A DNA stretch of 64,000 bases. Source: Ruminococcus sp. (lineage in GTDB: Bacteria; Bacillota; Clostridia; Oscillospirales; Ruminococcaceae). Each line of letters opens with the position of its first letter. The first letter of the stretch is position 1. The position numbers and the translations under genes are program-made. Below, in pieces: positions 18,166 through 29,300 of this stretch. The DNA lies in NCBI GenBank assembly GCA_015066845.1, contig SVNO01000002.1:18351-82350 (forward strand), in the 5' to 3' direction. The notes below the pieces were generated by a model. The model searched no databases. It saw only the letters and a list, made by a program, of their open reading frames with translations, and was not told the origin of the DNA.

Positions 18166-18969
18166 ATGCAGGAAAACGCCAGAATCACGGCAAAAGATAA
18201 TCCATCAGTCAAGCACTACAAACGGCTGCGCGACCAGAAGAAAGCGCGCCGGACGGAGGGCTTGTTTGTCGTGGAGGGACTGCGCATTGCCTGCGATGCA
18301 TTGCAGAAAACAGGTCGTGTGCAGCAATTGTTTGTGACGGATACCGCATGGGAAAAGCATGGTGAAGCCCTCGCTGCACAGATGCAGGAAACCGGACGGC
18401 TTCTGCGCATTTCTGACGCAGTGGGCGAAACCATGGCGGATACCGGACATACACAGGGCGTTTTTGCCATCTGCCGGATACCCGTACAGCGTGAGCTGTC
18501 CACGGTTCTGCGTGAGGACGGGAAATACCTTGTCCTCTCCAATTTGCAGGACCCCGGCAATATGGGCATGATTCTGCGTACTGCCGATGCCCTTGGTGCG
18601 GATGCCATTCTGACAGTCGGGAGCTGTGAGCTTTACAGCCCCAAGGTCGTCCGCGCAACCATGGGCTCTGTGTTCCGCGTACCGGTCTATGATTGTCCGG
18701 ATGCGCAGGAATTGCTTGCTGTACTGCATCAGGCGCGGATTCATACCTATGCCGCCGTACCTGCAAAACAAGCTGTTCCCGTGACGGATTGCAGTTTTAC
18801 AGGCGGCAGTGCGGTCTGGATCGGCAATGAGGGCAATGGACTTGCGCCGGAGGTGATTGCAGGCTGCCAGACAGCCGTGACCATCCCGATGCAGGGCGGG
18901 CCGGAATCGCTGAATGCGGCAATGGCTGCCGGTATTCTTCTGTGGGAAATGATGCGTAATGGGGGTTGA
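18166..18969 (+). CDS. TrmH/SpoU-family RNA 2'-O-methyltransferase
   Basis: The C-terminal SPOUT knot motifs are NLQDPGNMGMILRTADALG, VWIGNEGNGL and ESLNAAMAAGILLWE. The ATG at 18166 follows AGGAGG. Confidence 0.85.
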   Translation: MQENARITAKDNPSVKHYKRLRDQKKARRTEGLFVVEGLRIACDALQKTGRVQQLFVTDTAWEKHGEALAAQMQETGRLLRISDAVGETMADTGHTQGVFAICRIPVQRELSTVLREDGKYLVLSNLQDPGNMGMILRTADALGADAILTVGSCELYSPKVVRATMGSVFRVPVYDCPDAQELLAVLHQARIHTYAAVPAKQAVPVTDCSFTGGSAVWIGNEGNGLAPEVIAGCQTAVTIPMQGGPESLNAAMAAGILLWEMMRNGG

Positions 18970-18974
18970 ATGAA

Positions 18975-20219
18975 ATGCAAGAGGATAACACAAAATACTG
19001 GCTGTGGCTGGTGATGGTTTTTGGTGTCGCAAATCCTAAAACACTGGAAATCGTGCAGATGCACAGCACACCGAAGGAATTGTACTATGTAATGCATGAT
19101 CCGGATTGCAGTTTGCTCGGAGAAAAGGAACAACGGAATGTGCGCAAAACCCGTCTGGAACAGGCGGAGAGCGTCATGGCGTACTGCGAGAAGAATGGAA
19201 TCGGAATCATGACATGGGAAAGTGCACTTTATCCCGAATCATTGCGGCATATTTTCAATCCGCCGCTGGTGCTTTTTTACAAGGGCGAGCCATCCTTGCT
19301 CACTGGCAATATGCTGCTGACTGTTGTCGGAACGCGCAAACCGTCCGATTACAGCAAGCGTGTGGCAGACTGGCTGTGCCACGACCTTGCACGCTGCAAT
19401 ATCGTGCTGGCAAGCGGTTGTGCAGTCGGACTCGATGCCGCTGCCCATCGTGCAGCCATTGACGAGAACACGCCCACGATTGGCGTTCTCGGCTGTGGTG
19501 TGGATTATGACTATCCAAAGGAAAACCGCGAATTGAAGCAGAAAATTGTAGAGAACGGCTTGCTTTTGTCCGAGTATTTTCCGGGGACAACGCCGTTTCC
19601 GGGAAATTTCCCCGTGCGCAACCGCATCCTTGCCGGCATCAGTGAAGCAACGCTGGTACTGGAAGCAGGTTCACGCAGCGGTTCTCTGATTACCGCAAAT
19701 CTTGCCTGTGAACAGGGAAAACCTGTGTTCTGCGTACCGCCGGCGGATTTGTTTGATGCACGTTACAGCGGCGTGGCAAGTTTCCTGCGTGACGGGGCAT
19801 ATCCGGTGTTTAATTATCTGGACATCCTCTACACCTATTACCTGCGCTATCCGCATAAGCTGACACTGTTTGACGAGGAACATGCCACACGCACACAGGA
19901 TTCCCTCATTTTTGATACGGAAAAGCCGGCACGGAGCACACCGCGCCGACAGGTGCGCACAGTTCCCGTCAAGGAGGCTGAACAGCCGCTGCAGGACGAA
20001 CCCATCGCAACGCTGGACTGGATGACACAGGAACACCGCGTCATTCTCTCTATGCTGCAGGATGGCAGCAAGAGCAGCAATGACATTTGTCTGCGGTTGG
20101 AAAAAGAATTTCAAGAAGCGTCCTTGCTGACGTTGGAATTAGAATTACAGGGATTGATTGTCAACACACAAACAGATAGATTTGAGCTTACCGAAAAGGG
20201 CAAGCGTGTTCAGCAATAG
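18975..20219 (+). CDS. dprA: DNA-processing protein DprA (Smf)
   Basis: The Rossmann-like DprA core is VVGTRKPSDYSKRVA...SGCAVGLDAAAHRAA...PVRNRILAG...EAGSRSGSLITA. A TTG at 18966 is an alternative start. Confidence 0.85.
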   Translation: MQEDNTKYWLWLVMVFGVANPKTLEIVQMHSTPKELYYVMHDPDCSLLGEKEQRNVRKTRLEQAESVMAYCEKNGIGIMTWESALYPESLRHIFNPPLVLFYKGEPSLLTGNMLLTVVGTRKPSDYSKRVADWLCHDLARCNIVLASGCAVGLDAAAHRAAIDENTPTIGVLGCGVDYDYPKENRELKQKIVENGLLLSEYFPGTTPFPGNFPVRNRILAGISEATLVLEAGSRSGSLITANLACEQGKPVFCVPPADLFDARYSGVASFLRDGAYPVFNYLDILYTYYLRYPHKLTLFDEEHATRTQDSLIFDTEKPARSTPRRQVRTVPVKEAEQPLQDEPIATLDWMTQEHRVILSMLQDGSKSSNDICLRLEKEFQEASLLTLELELQGLIVNTQTDRFELTEKGKRVQQ

Positions 20220-20254
20220 AAAGGAGGGTGCGTCATCTTATTGATGACGAATCT

Positions 20255-22333
20255 ATGGCAAATTTAGTAATTGTAGAGTCACCTGCAAAGGCAAAGACCA
20301 TACAGAAATATCTTGGAAATAATTTTGAAGTCATCGCATCCATGGGGCATGTCCGTGACCTGCCCAAGTCCAAAATTGGCGTGGATGTGGAAAATGGCTA
20401 TGCACCGCAATATCTGGACATGAAAGGCAAGGAAGATGTCATTAAAGACCTGAAAAAACGCGCCAAAAAGAGCGACTGCGTTTACCTTGCAACTGACCCT
20501 GACCGCGAGGGTGAGGCGATTTCATGGCATCTGGCACAGATGCTCGGACTTGACCTGAATGCCAACAACCGCGTGGCATTCAATGAAATCACAAAAACCG
20601 GTGTGCAGACCGGTATGGCAAATCCGCATAAAATTGACCTTGACCTTGTCAATGCACAGCAGGCGCGCCGGATTCTTGACCGTCTGGTGGGCTATAAGCT
20701 CAGCCCGTTCCTCTGGAAAAAAGTCAAGCGCGGACTCTCTGCCGGACGTGTACAGTCCGTGGCAGTGCGCCTGATTGTGGACAGGGAGGAGGAAATCCGC
20801 GCATTTGTACCCAAGGAATACTGGAGCATTGACGCAAAACTGCGCTCCCCCCACAGCGCAAAGCAGTTCATGGCGAAACTGACATCAGTTGATGGCGAGA
20901 AAATCGAAATTGTCAACGAAGCGCAGGCACAGATGCTGCTGCAGCGTCTGGAAAATACGCCCTTTGTCGTATCCGGCATCAAAAAGCGCGTGACCAAAAA
21001 GCAGCCTGCACCGCCGTTCATCACCTCCACATTGCAGCAGGAAGCCTCCAAGCGACTGGGCTTCCAGTCCAAGCGCACCATGAAGGCAGCGCAGGAGCTG
21101 TACGAAGGTATTGACCTTGATGATATGGGCGCAGTCGGTCTGATTACCTACATGAGAACCGACAGCCTGCGAATTTCCGCGGATGCACAGGCAGCAGCAG
21201 CGGAGTATATCAAGGGTGCATATGGCGAGAATTACCTGCCGGACAAGCCCCGTGTATTCAAGTCCAAAAAAAGTGCGCAGGACGCGCATGAAGCCATCCG
21301 CCCGACCATGCCGGACATGACACCGGACAGGGTGAAAAACAACCTGACCAGCGACCAGTACAAGCTCTACAAGCTCATTTGGGAGCGTTTCATTGCCAGC
21401 CAGATGGCAAATGCACTGCTCGACACAGTTTCCGTGGACATTGACGCAGGCGGCTGTCTGTTCAAGGCTTCCGGCTATTCTGTGCGGTTTGACGGCTTTA
21501 CCATTCTTTATGAGGAGAAGAATGAGAACGAGGAGGAGAACCAGAAAATGCTCCCCCTGCTTGCGGTGGATGATATTCTCAAGGTGCTCAGCCTTGACGG
21601 CAATCAGCATTTCACACAGCCCCCCGCAAGATTCTCAGAAGCAACGCTCATTAAGGCTCTGGAAGAAAACGGCATCGGCAGACCGAGTACCTACGCACCG
21701 ACCATCACCACCATTCTTGCGAGAATGTATGTGGAACGCGAGGGCAAGCAGCTCAAGCCGACTGCATTGGGTGAGGTCATCACGCAGCTGATGAAGGAGC
21801 ATTTTGAGCATATCGTGGATACGGCATTCACAGCGAAAATGGAAACCGATCTGGATAATGTGGAACAGGGCATGGCAGACTGGGTGCAAACGCTGGATGC
21901 GTTCTATCAGGATTTTGCAAAAACCCTTGCACAGGCAGAAGAAGCCATGGAGGGCAAGCATGTCAAGGTGCCGGATGAGCAAACGGACGAGGTTTGTGAG
22001 CAATGCGGCAAGCCCATGGTCATCAAAATCGGCAGATTTGGCAAATTCCTTGCCTGCTCCGGTTTTCCGGACTGCAAGAATACACGCAAAATCGTGCAGG
22101 AAACAGGCGGTCTGTGTCCTCTTTGCGGCGAGAAAGTCGTGCTGAAAAAATCCAAGCGCGGCAGAAGCTTCTACGGCTGCAACGGCTACCCGAACTGCAA
22201 TTTCATGACATGGAATATCCCCGTGGAGGAAACCTGTCCGCAGTGCAGTTCCACGCTGTTCCAGAAGGGCGGCAAATCGGGCAAACTGGTCTGTGAAAAG
22301 CCGGAATGCGGTTATGAACGGAGTCTGAAGTAA
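20255..22333 (+). CDS. topA: DNA topoisomerase I
   Basis: TOPRIM LVIVESPAKAKTIQKYLG, ATDPDREGEAISWH, active-site region ITYMRTDS, C-terminal Cys4 zinc ribbons. Confidence 0.96.
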   Translation: MANLVIVESPAKAKTIQKYLGNNFEVIASMGHVRDLPKSKIGVDVENGYAPQYLDMKGKEDVIKDLKKRAKKSDCVYLATDPDREGEAISWHLAQMLGLDLNANNRVAFNEITKTGVQTGMANPHKIDLDLVNAQQARRILDRLVGYKLSPFLWKKVKRGLSAGRVQSVAVRLIVDREEEIRAFVPKEYWSIDAKLRSPHSAKQFMAKLTSVDGEKIEIVNEAQAQMLLQRLENTPFVVSGIKKRVTKKQPAPPFITSTLQQEASKRLGFQSKRTMKAAQELYEGIDLDDMGAVGLITYMRTDSLRISADAQAAAAEYIKGAYGENYLPDKPRVFKSKKSAQDAHEAIRPTMPDMTPDRVKNNLTSDQYKLYKLIWERFIASQMANALLDTVSVDIDAGGCLFKASGYSVRFDGFTILYEEKNENEEENQKMLPLLAVDDILKVLSLDGNQHFTQPPARFSEATLIKALEENGIGRPSTYAPTITTILARMYVEREGKQLKPTALGEVITQLMKEHFEHIVDTAFTAKMETDLDNVEQGMADWVQTLDAFYQDFAKTLAQAEEAMEGKHVKVPDEQTDEVCEQCGKPMVIKIGRFGKFLACSGFPDCKNTRKIVQETGGLCPLCGEKVVLKKSKRGRSFYGCNGYPNCNFMTWNIPVEETCPQCSSTLFQKGGKSGKLVCEKPECGYERSLK

Positions 22334-23649
22334 TGACGGATGCAGTAGTTGTTGTTGGCGGCGGTCTTGCCGGCTGTGAAGCTGCATGGCAGCTTGCAAA
22401 TGCCGGATTTGCTGTCACTATGTATGAAATGAAACCCCATCGCTACAGTCCTGCCCATCATCACGAGGGGCTGGCGGAGCTTGTGTGCTCCAATTCCCTG
22501 AAAGCTTCCCGTTTAGGCTCTGCCGGCGGATTGCTCAAAACCGAAATGGAGCTGCAAGGCTCGCTGCTCGTCCGCTGTGCCAAGGCATGTGCGGTTGCAG
22601 CAGGCGGTGCGCTTGCCGTGGACAGGGAACAGTTTTCGGCGATGGTAACCGCGGAAATCACAGCACATCCGAAGATTACCGTTGTCCGTGAGGAACTGAC
22701 GCAGCTGCCGCAGAACAATGCGGTCATTGCCACAGGCCCTCTGACCTCGGACGCGCTTTCAGAAAAAATCGAACAGCTCTGCGGCAGCCGCCTGAGCTTT
22801 TTCGATGCTGCCGCGCCCGTTGTGGCTGCGGATAGTCTGGATATGGAGCTGGTATTTGCCCAGTCGCGGTATGACCGCGGCGATGCGGATTATCTGAATT
22901 GCCCGATGAATCGGGAAGAATACGAAGCATTCTGGAATGCCCTTGTGACGGCGGAAAAAGCACCGCTGCATGAACATGACAAAGCGGCATTCCGTGTATA
23001 TGAGGGATGTATGCCCGTGGAGGTGCTTGCCTCCAGAGGGATGGACACCCTGCGATTCGGGCCTTTGAAGCCCGTTGGACTGACCGACCCGCGCACCGGC
23101 AGGCGGCCGTATGCCGCTGTGCAGCTGCGCCGTGAAAACAGGGAGGGCACAATGTTCAATCTCGTAGGCTTCCAGACAAATCTGAAATTCGGCGAGCAGA
23201 AGCGCGTGTTCGGCATGATTCCGGGACTTGCAAATGCGGAATTCCTGCGTTATGGCGTGATGCACCGCAATTTCTTCCTTGACAGCCCCAAGCTCCTTGA
23301 CGCGGATTATTCCCTCAGAGGCGCGGAAAACCTGTTCTTTGCCGGACAGATGACGGGTGTGGAAGGATATATGGAATCCGCTGCAAGTGGTATCATCGCC
23401 GGAAAAAGCCTTGCCAGAAAATTGCAGGGAAAGCCTGCCTACATCCTGCCGCGCGGCACGATGATGGGCGCACTTGCCGCTTATATCAGCGGCGACTGTG
23501 TGGGCGAATTTCAGCCGATGGGTGCAAATATGGGCTTGCTGCCGCCGCTGACCGAGCGCGTCAGGGACAAGCAGCGCAGATATGAAATGGTTGCAGAGCA
23601 GGCACTTTCTGTTCTCAGAACGGCTCTGCAAGCAATGGAAACGGAGTGA
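22333..23649 (+). CDS. trmFO: Methylenetetrahydrofolate--tRNA-(uracil-5-)-methyltransferase TrmFO
   Basis: FAD motif VVVVGGGLAGCEAAWQLA; GQMTGVEGYMESAASG. Its ATG overlaps the topA TAA (TAATG). Confidence 0.95.
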   Translation: MTDAVVVVGGGLAGCEAAWQLANAGFAVTMYEMKPHRYSPAHHHEGLAELVCSNSLKASRLGSAGGLLKTEMELQGSLLVRCAKACAVAAGGALAVDREQFSAMVTAEITAHPKITVVREELTQLPQNNAVIATGPLTSDALSEKIEQLCGSRLSFFDAAAPVVAADSLDMELVFAQSRYDRGDADYLNCPMNREEYEAFWNALVTAEKAPLHEHDKAAFRVYEGCMPVEVLASRGMDTLRFGPLKPVGLTDPRTGRRPYAAVQLRRENREGTMFNLVGFQTNLKFGEQKRVFGMIPGLANAEFLRYGVMHRNFFLDSPKLLDADYSLRGAENLFFAGQMTGVEGYMESAASGIIAGKSLARKLQGKPAYILPRGTMMGALAAYISGDCVGEFQPMGANMGLLPPLTERVRDKQRRYEMVAEQALSVLRTALQAMETE

Positions 23650-23653
23650 GGAT

Positions 23654-24649
23654 ATGAGAATTATCGTAGACTGCTTCGGCGGTGATAATGCGCCCGTTGA
23701 GGTGCTCAAGGGCTGCCGTCAGGCGCAGGATACACTGGATGTGCAGATTGTCCTCTCTGGTGACGAGGCGCGCATCCGTGAGGCTGCGAAACAGGAAAAT
23801 ATTGAGCTTTCAGACATTGAAATTCTCCATGCACCGGAGGTTTTTGATATTCATGCACAGCCGACCACCATTGTGAAGGAAGGGAAGAATACCTCTCTCG
23901 CTGTGGGCTTGCAGGCATTGCATGACGGCAAGGGCGATGCCTTTGTCAGTGCCGGCAGTACCGGCGGACTGGTGGCAGGTGCTACCTTCATTACCAAGCG
24001 CATCAAGGGTGTCAAGCGTCCTGCGCTTGCGCCCATTCTGCCGACCGCAACGGGGCATATGATGCTCATGGATGCCGGCGCGAATGTGGAATGCCGTCCG
24101 GAAATGCTTGTGCAGTTTGCCATCATGGGCAGCGCGTACATGGAGCGCGTCAAGGGCGTGAAAAATCCCCGTGTGGGCTTGCTCAATGTCGGCGCGGAGG
24201 ATACCAAGGGCAGGGAACTGGAGCAGCAGGCATACAAGCTCTTACAGGAAGCCCCCGTCAATTTTGTGGGCAATGCAGAGGCAAGAGAATTGCCGTCCGG
24301 TGACTTTGATGTTGTGGTCAGTGACGGATTTTCGGGAAATATTGCACTCAAGCTCTATGAGGGCATGGGCAGCTTTTTCAAAGGGAAAATCAAAAACTGG
24401 TTCTCCGGCATCGGCGGAAAATTTGCCGCTGTGATGATTCTGGGCAAGATCAAGGCATTCCAGAAAAGCATGGATTACAAGGAGGAGGGCGGTGCCGTTC
24501 TCATGGGCATTTCCGCGCCCGTCATTAAGGCACATGGCAGCTCCGATGCAAAGGCATTCTATAACGCTGTCCGTCAGGCAAAACGCTGTGTGGACGGCAA
24601 TATTACCGCAACCATCGCGCAGACGGTTGCGCAGATGAAGGGGGAATAA
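23654..24649 (+). CDS. plsX: Phosphate acyltransferase PlsX
   Basis: MRIIVDCFGGDNAP...SAGSTGGLVAGA...DGFSGNIALK. Confidence 0.95.
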   Translation: MRIIVDCFGGDNAPVEVLKGCRQAQDTLDVQIVLSGDEARIREAAKQENIELSDIEILHAPEVFDIHAQPTTIVKEGKNTSLAVGLQALHDGKGDAFVSAGSTGGLVAGATFITKRIKGVKRPALAPILPTATGHMMLMDAGANVECRPEMLVQFAIMGSAYMERVKGVKNPRVGLLNVGAEDTKGRELEQQAYKLLQEAPVNFVGNAEARELPSGDFDVVVSDGFSGNIALKLYEGMGSFFKGKIKNWFSGIGGKFAAVMILGKIKAFQKSMDYKEEGGAVLMGISAPVIKAHGSSDAKAFYNAVRQAKRCVDGNITATIAQTVAQMKGE

Positions 24650-24651
24650 GC

Positions 24652-25344
24652 ATGGAACCGGATTTCGCTGAGTTTGAGCAGATTTTAGGAATCACATTTC
24701 GGAACAAGGAGTTATTATACGAGGCACTTTCGCATTCCTCCTATGCCAATGAGAAAAAAAAGCAGCGGCGCAGCAATGAACGGCTGGAATTTCTCGGTGA
24801 CAGCGTGCTGTCCATTGTCGTGTCGCAATATCTGTTCCAGAATTACCCCGACCTGCCGGAGGGCGAGCTGACCAAAATCCGTGCGGCTCTCGTCTGTGAA
24901 AAATCCCTCCACCGCTTCGCGCTTCAGATTCGTCTGGGCGAATTCCTCCTGCTTGGCAAGGGAGAAACCCACACCGGCGGCAGGGAGCGTCCCTCCATTC
25001 TCGCCGATGCATTTGAAGCCGTGATCGCGGCAATTTACCTCGATGCCGGACTGGAGATTGCAAGGGCGCATATTCTGCGGTTTATTCCGAAGAATATTCC
25101 GGAAAACCGTTCGATGCTGTTCGGCGATTACAAAACAGCCTTGCAGGAAGTCGTGCAGAAAAATCCTGAAGAAAAGGTCGAATATCTCCTGATTGATGAA
25201 TCCGGCCCCGACCACAGCAAGACGTTTGCAGTGGAAGTCTGCCTCAATTCCAATGTCATCGGCAGAGGAAAGGGCAGAAGTAAAAAGGAAGCCGAGCAGA
25301 TGGCAGCAAAGGAAGCACTGGAACTGATGGGCTATGAAACATAA
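24652..25344 (+). CDS. rnc: Ribonuclease III
   Basis: Signature ERLEFLGDSVL and a C-terminal dsRBD (GPDHSKTFAVEV...GRGKGRSKKEAEQMAA). Confidence 0.95.
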   Translation: MEPDFAEFEQILGITFRNKELLYEALSHSSYANEKKKQRRSNERLEFLGDSVLSIVVSQYLFQNYPDLPEGELTKIRAALVCEKSLHRFALQIRLGEFLLLGKGETHTGGRERPSILADAFEAVIAAIYLDAGLEIARAHILRFIPKNIPENRSMLFGDYKTALQEVVQKNPEEKVEYLLIDESGPDHSKTFAVEVCLNSNVIGRGKGRSKKEAEQMAAKEALELMGYET

Positions 25345-26323
25345 GAATATCGCCATTTTTGTACCACATGCAGGGTGCAGGCAGACCTGCGCATTCTGCA
25401 ACCAGAGAACCATCACCGCACAGGAGGCAATGCCCCGTGCAGCGGATGTGCAGCGAATCTGTGCACAGGCGTATGCGGAAATTTCCGACCGCCGCCACAC
25501 GGAGGTCGCGTTCTTCGGCGGCAGCTTCACGGCGATCGACCGTGGGTATATGCTGGAGCTTTTGCAGGCAGTACAGCCATTTCTGGGTGAGGATGGATTT
25601 TGCGGCATCCGCATTTCTACACGTCCCGACTGCATCAGCAGGGAAGTACTGGAGCTGCTGCAAAGCTTCCATGTCACGGCAATTGAACTGGGTGCGCAGT
25701 CGATGTGCGACCATGTGCTGCTGGCAAATGAGCGCGGACACACGGCAAAGGCAGTGACCGATGCCTGCGCGCTGATTCGGGAATACGGCTTTTCACTGGG
25801 CTTGCAGATGATGGTGGGACTCTACCAAAGCAGCGTGGAGGATGAATGGCATACGGTGGAGGAAATCTGCCGGCTGCATCCAGACACGGTGCGCGTGTAT
25901 CCGGTGGTGGTGCTCAAAGGCACGACACTTGCAGAAAAGCTGAAAAACGGTGAATATCAGCTGTTTTCCTTTTCAGACACCGTGGAACTTTGCGCACGGA
26001 TGCTCTGGAAATTCCACAGCGAGAGCATTCCCGTTATCAAATGCGGACTCCACGCTTCGGAATTTGTGGAACAGGACATGGTGGACGGCTTCTACCATCC
26101 GGCATTCCGCGAGCTGTGCGAGAGCAGGATTTACCGCGAACGCATGGAAGAACTGCTGACAACACGCGGCACACGCGCGGTACTGGCAGTGCATCCATCC
26201 GCAATCAGCAAGGCGATCGGTCAGAAAAGGTCGAATCTTCTGTATTTTCAGGAGCGCGGTATTTCTGTGACTGTCACGGGCGATGCAGAATTGAAAGAAT
26301 ATGAGATTGCAATAAGGGAGTAA
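25334..26323 (+). CDS. ELP3-like radical SAM protein (no acetyltransferase domain), function unknown
   Basis: CxxxCxxC cluster motif HAGCRQTCAFCNQ followed by a TIM-barrel-like region (FFGGSFTA, RISTRPD, ELGAQS). Overlaps the rnc stop by 11 nt. Confidence 0.8.
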   Translation: MKHKNIAIFVPHAGCRQTCAFCNQRTITAQEAMPRAADVQRICAQAYAEISDRRHTEVAFFGGSFTAIDRGYMLELLQAVQPFLGEDGFCGIRISTRPDCISREVLELLQSFHVTAIELGAQSMCDHVLLANERGHTAKAVTDACALIREYGFSLGLQMMVGLYQSSVEDEWHTVEEICRLHPDTVRVYPVVVLKGTTLAEKLKNGEYQLFSFSDTVELCARMLWKFHSESIPVIKCGLHASEFVEQDMVDGFYHPAFRELCESRIYRERMEELLTTRGTRAVLAVHPSAISKAIGQKRSNLLYFQERGISVTVTGDAELKEYEIAIRE

Positions 26324-26326
26324 CAA

Positions 26327-29300
26327 ATGTACTTAAAATCCTTGGAACTACAAGGCTTCAAATCCTTTCCGGATAAAGTCAAGTTACAATTTGACAATGG
26401 TCTGACCGCCGTCGTCGGGCCGAACGGCAGCGGAAAAAGTAATATCGGTGACTCCGTGCGCTGGGTATTGGGCGAACAATCCACCAAAACCCTGCGCGGA
26501 AACAAGATGGAGGACGTTATTTTTTCCGGTACTGTTGCAAAACGACCGATGGGCTTTGCCGCGGTAACGCTTGTTATTGACAACAGTGAGGGCAGACTGG
26601 AGGGCTACGGCGATGAGGTAAGCGTCACGCGAAAGCTCTACCGCAGCGGCGACAGCGAATACCGCATCAACGGCAAATCCGTCCGCCTGAAGGACATCAA
26701 CGAGCTGTTCATGGATACAGGACTCGGACGGGATGGCTATTCCATCATCGGACAGGGCAAAATTGCCGAAATTGTCGGCGCAAAGAGCAATGACCGCCGC
26801 GAAATTTTCGAGGAGGCAGCCGGCATTTCCAAATTCCGCTACCGCAAGCTGGAGGCAGAACGAAAGCTTGATGCAGCGGAGGAAAACATGCAGCGGCTTG
26901 GCGACATCGTTTCGGAGCTGGAGGGCAGAGTTGAGCCGCTTCGGGTGCAGTCGGAAAAGGCGCAGAAATTCCTCGTGCTTGCGCAGGAGGAAAAGACGCT
27001 GGAGATTTCCGTCTGGGTTGACCAGCTTGCTGTACTGCATGAAAAAATCAAGACATTGGGCGAAAAACTTCTCATCAGCCGCACGGAATACGAAAATGCG
27101 GAACGCGATATTGCCGATGAGGAGGAGAAAATCCAGAACTGCTACCGCATCATGCAGCAATGCTCCGTTGATGCGGAAGAAGCACACCGCACCGTCAAGG
27201 AGCTGCGTGAACGTTCCGCGCAGATGCAGGCAGAAATTGCGGTTCTGAGAAATGATATTGTGCACAATGAGGAGGCACAGAAGCTTGCACAATCGCAGCT
27301 TGCCGAGGAATTGCAGGCACAGCGGACGCAGGCAGAACGCCTTGCACAGGCAGAAGCCACCTTCGCACAGATGCAGGCACAGTGCCGCAGTACGGAAGAA
27401 GCACTGACAGCGGCTGCGTCAGCATTCGCGAAGATGGAAAGTGCGTGGATGCAGGAGGATGAAAAAACGCAGCAGGCGGACGCGGAACTGCACCAGCTCT
27501 ACTTGCAGCGCAGTGAATTGCAGTTTGCCATCCGCGCCGCACAGGATTATGATGAAAAATGCCGTCTGGAGCTGGAGGTGCTGTGCGCAAATGCCGAAGC
27601 GGACGCGCAGAAGCTTGCAGAAGCCGAACGCACTCACGCACAGGCATTGGAGGCATTGCAGACTGCGCAGGACAATGCAGCCGCACAGGAAACAAAAATT
27701 GTACAATGCCGCCAGAATGCGCAGGAACAACTCCGGTGCAGACAGGAGGCAGAGGAACAGTTCCGGCAGCTGGGCTTCCAGATGCGTGACAAAAAGCAGC
27801 GTCACCGTTTCCTGACAGATTTGGAAAACAACATGGAGGGATTTTCCGGCAGCGTCAAGAGCATCATGCGCAGTGTCCGACAGGGCACATTACAGGGCAT
27901 TTTCGGTACGGTCGCACAGCTCATTCAGGTGGACAGCCGTTACGGCATTGCCATTGAAACAGCGTTGGGCGCATCCGTGCAGCATTTGATTGTTGCTGAT
28001 GAAAATGCCGCAAAATCGGGAATTCGCTACCTGCGTGACAACCGCGCAGGCCGTGCGACCTTCCTGCCGCTGACTTCCATCCGCGGCAAGCACCTGCATG
28101 AACAGGGGCTCGAAGCACAGACGGGTTTCGTGGCAGTGGCAAGCGACCTTGTGGACTGCGCACCGGAATACCGGCAGATTGCGGAATCCCTCCTCGGCAG
28201 AATCGTCATTGCAGAGAATATTGACGATGCAACGGAAATTGCAAAGCATTACGGCTATCGGTTCCGGATAGTGACCATGGATGGACAGGTCATCAACGCG
28301 GGCGGTTCATTCACCGGCGGTTCTGTACAGAAAACCGGCGGTATGCTGACGAGAAAAACGGAACTGAACGCATTACAAAACAGCATTGCCACACTTGCCG
28401 TGCAGTGCGATGAAGCGGAACGGACAGCACGTCGCTGTGCGGAGCTTGCCGCAGCAGCGGAAGCGTCCCTGCAAGCGGAAAGCGAACAGCTCACCGCATT
28501 GCAGCAGCAGCTTTTGCAGGCACAGGCAGAAGTAGAACGCTGCGCCTTTCCTGTGGAGCAGTACCGTACACAGGCACAGGAGATGGAGCAACGCCGCGCA
28601 GCACTTGCACAGAATGTGCAGGAAGCAGGCGAAAAAGTGGAGCAGACACAGGCAGAGTATGACGCGATGCTCCAAAAGATCGCCAATGCGGAAAGCGGCG
28701 TGACGGGCGCAAAGGAGCGCAGAACTGCCATGCAGCAGGAGCGCAGCCGGCTTTCGGAGGAATTCGGAGAGCTGAAAATCCGCCTTGCACAGGCACAAAA
28801 AGACGAAGAATCGGCAGAAAACGCACTTTCCCTTGCAAAGGAGGCTGTGCAAACAGCAGCCATCCGGACGCAGCAGCTCACCGCACAGGTGGAGCAGTGC
28901 GCCAACGTGATCGCGGAAAAGAATGCGCAGGCAAGCACCTGCGAGGAAAGCTTACAGGAAACGGGAACGCGGATTGTTGACGCGGAAAAACGCGCAAGAC
29001 AGGCAACACAGGCACATGACGACCAGAGCGCGCGCATCCGCATGATGCAGAAAGGGCTGACGGAATTCCACGCGGCAAAGGAAAAACTGTCCGCGGAGGT
29101 CACGAGGCTGACCGAGCGTGAGAACAATCTGCAAAGTGAGCATGACGGTATTGTTGCCAAGCTTCTGGAAGTCTACGAGCTGACGCGCTCCGAGGCACAG
29201 CAGATGGCACAGCCGATTGAGGATGCCGTTGCTGCGAAAAAACGCCTGAGCGAGCTGAAACAGAAAATCCGCGCACTGGGCAGCGTCAATGTGGACGCGA

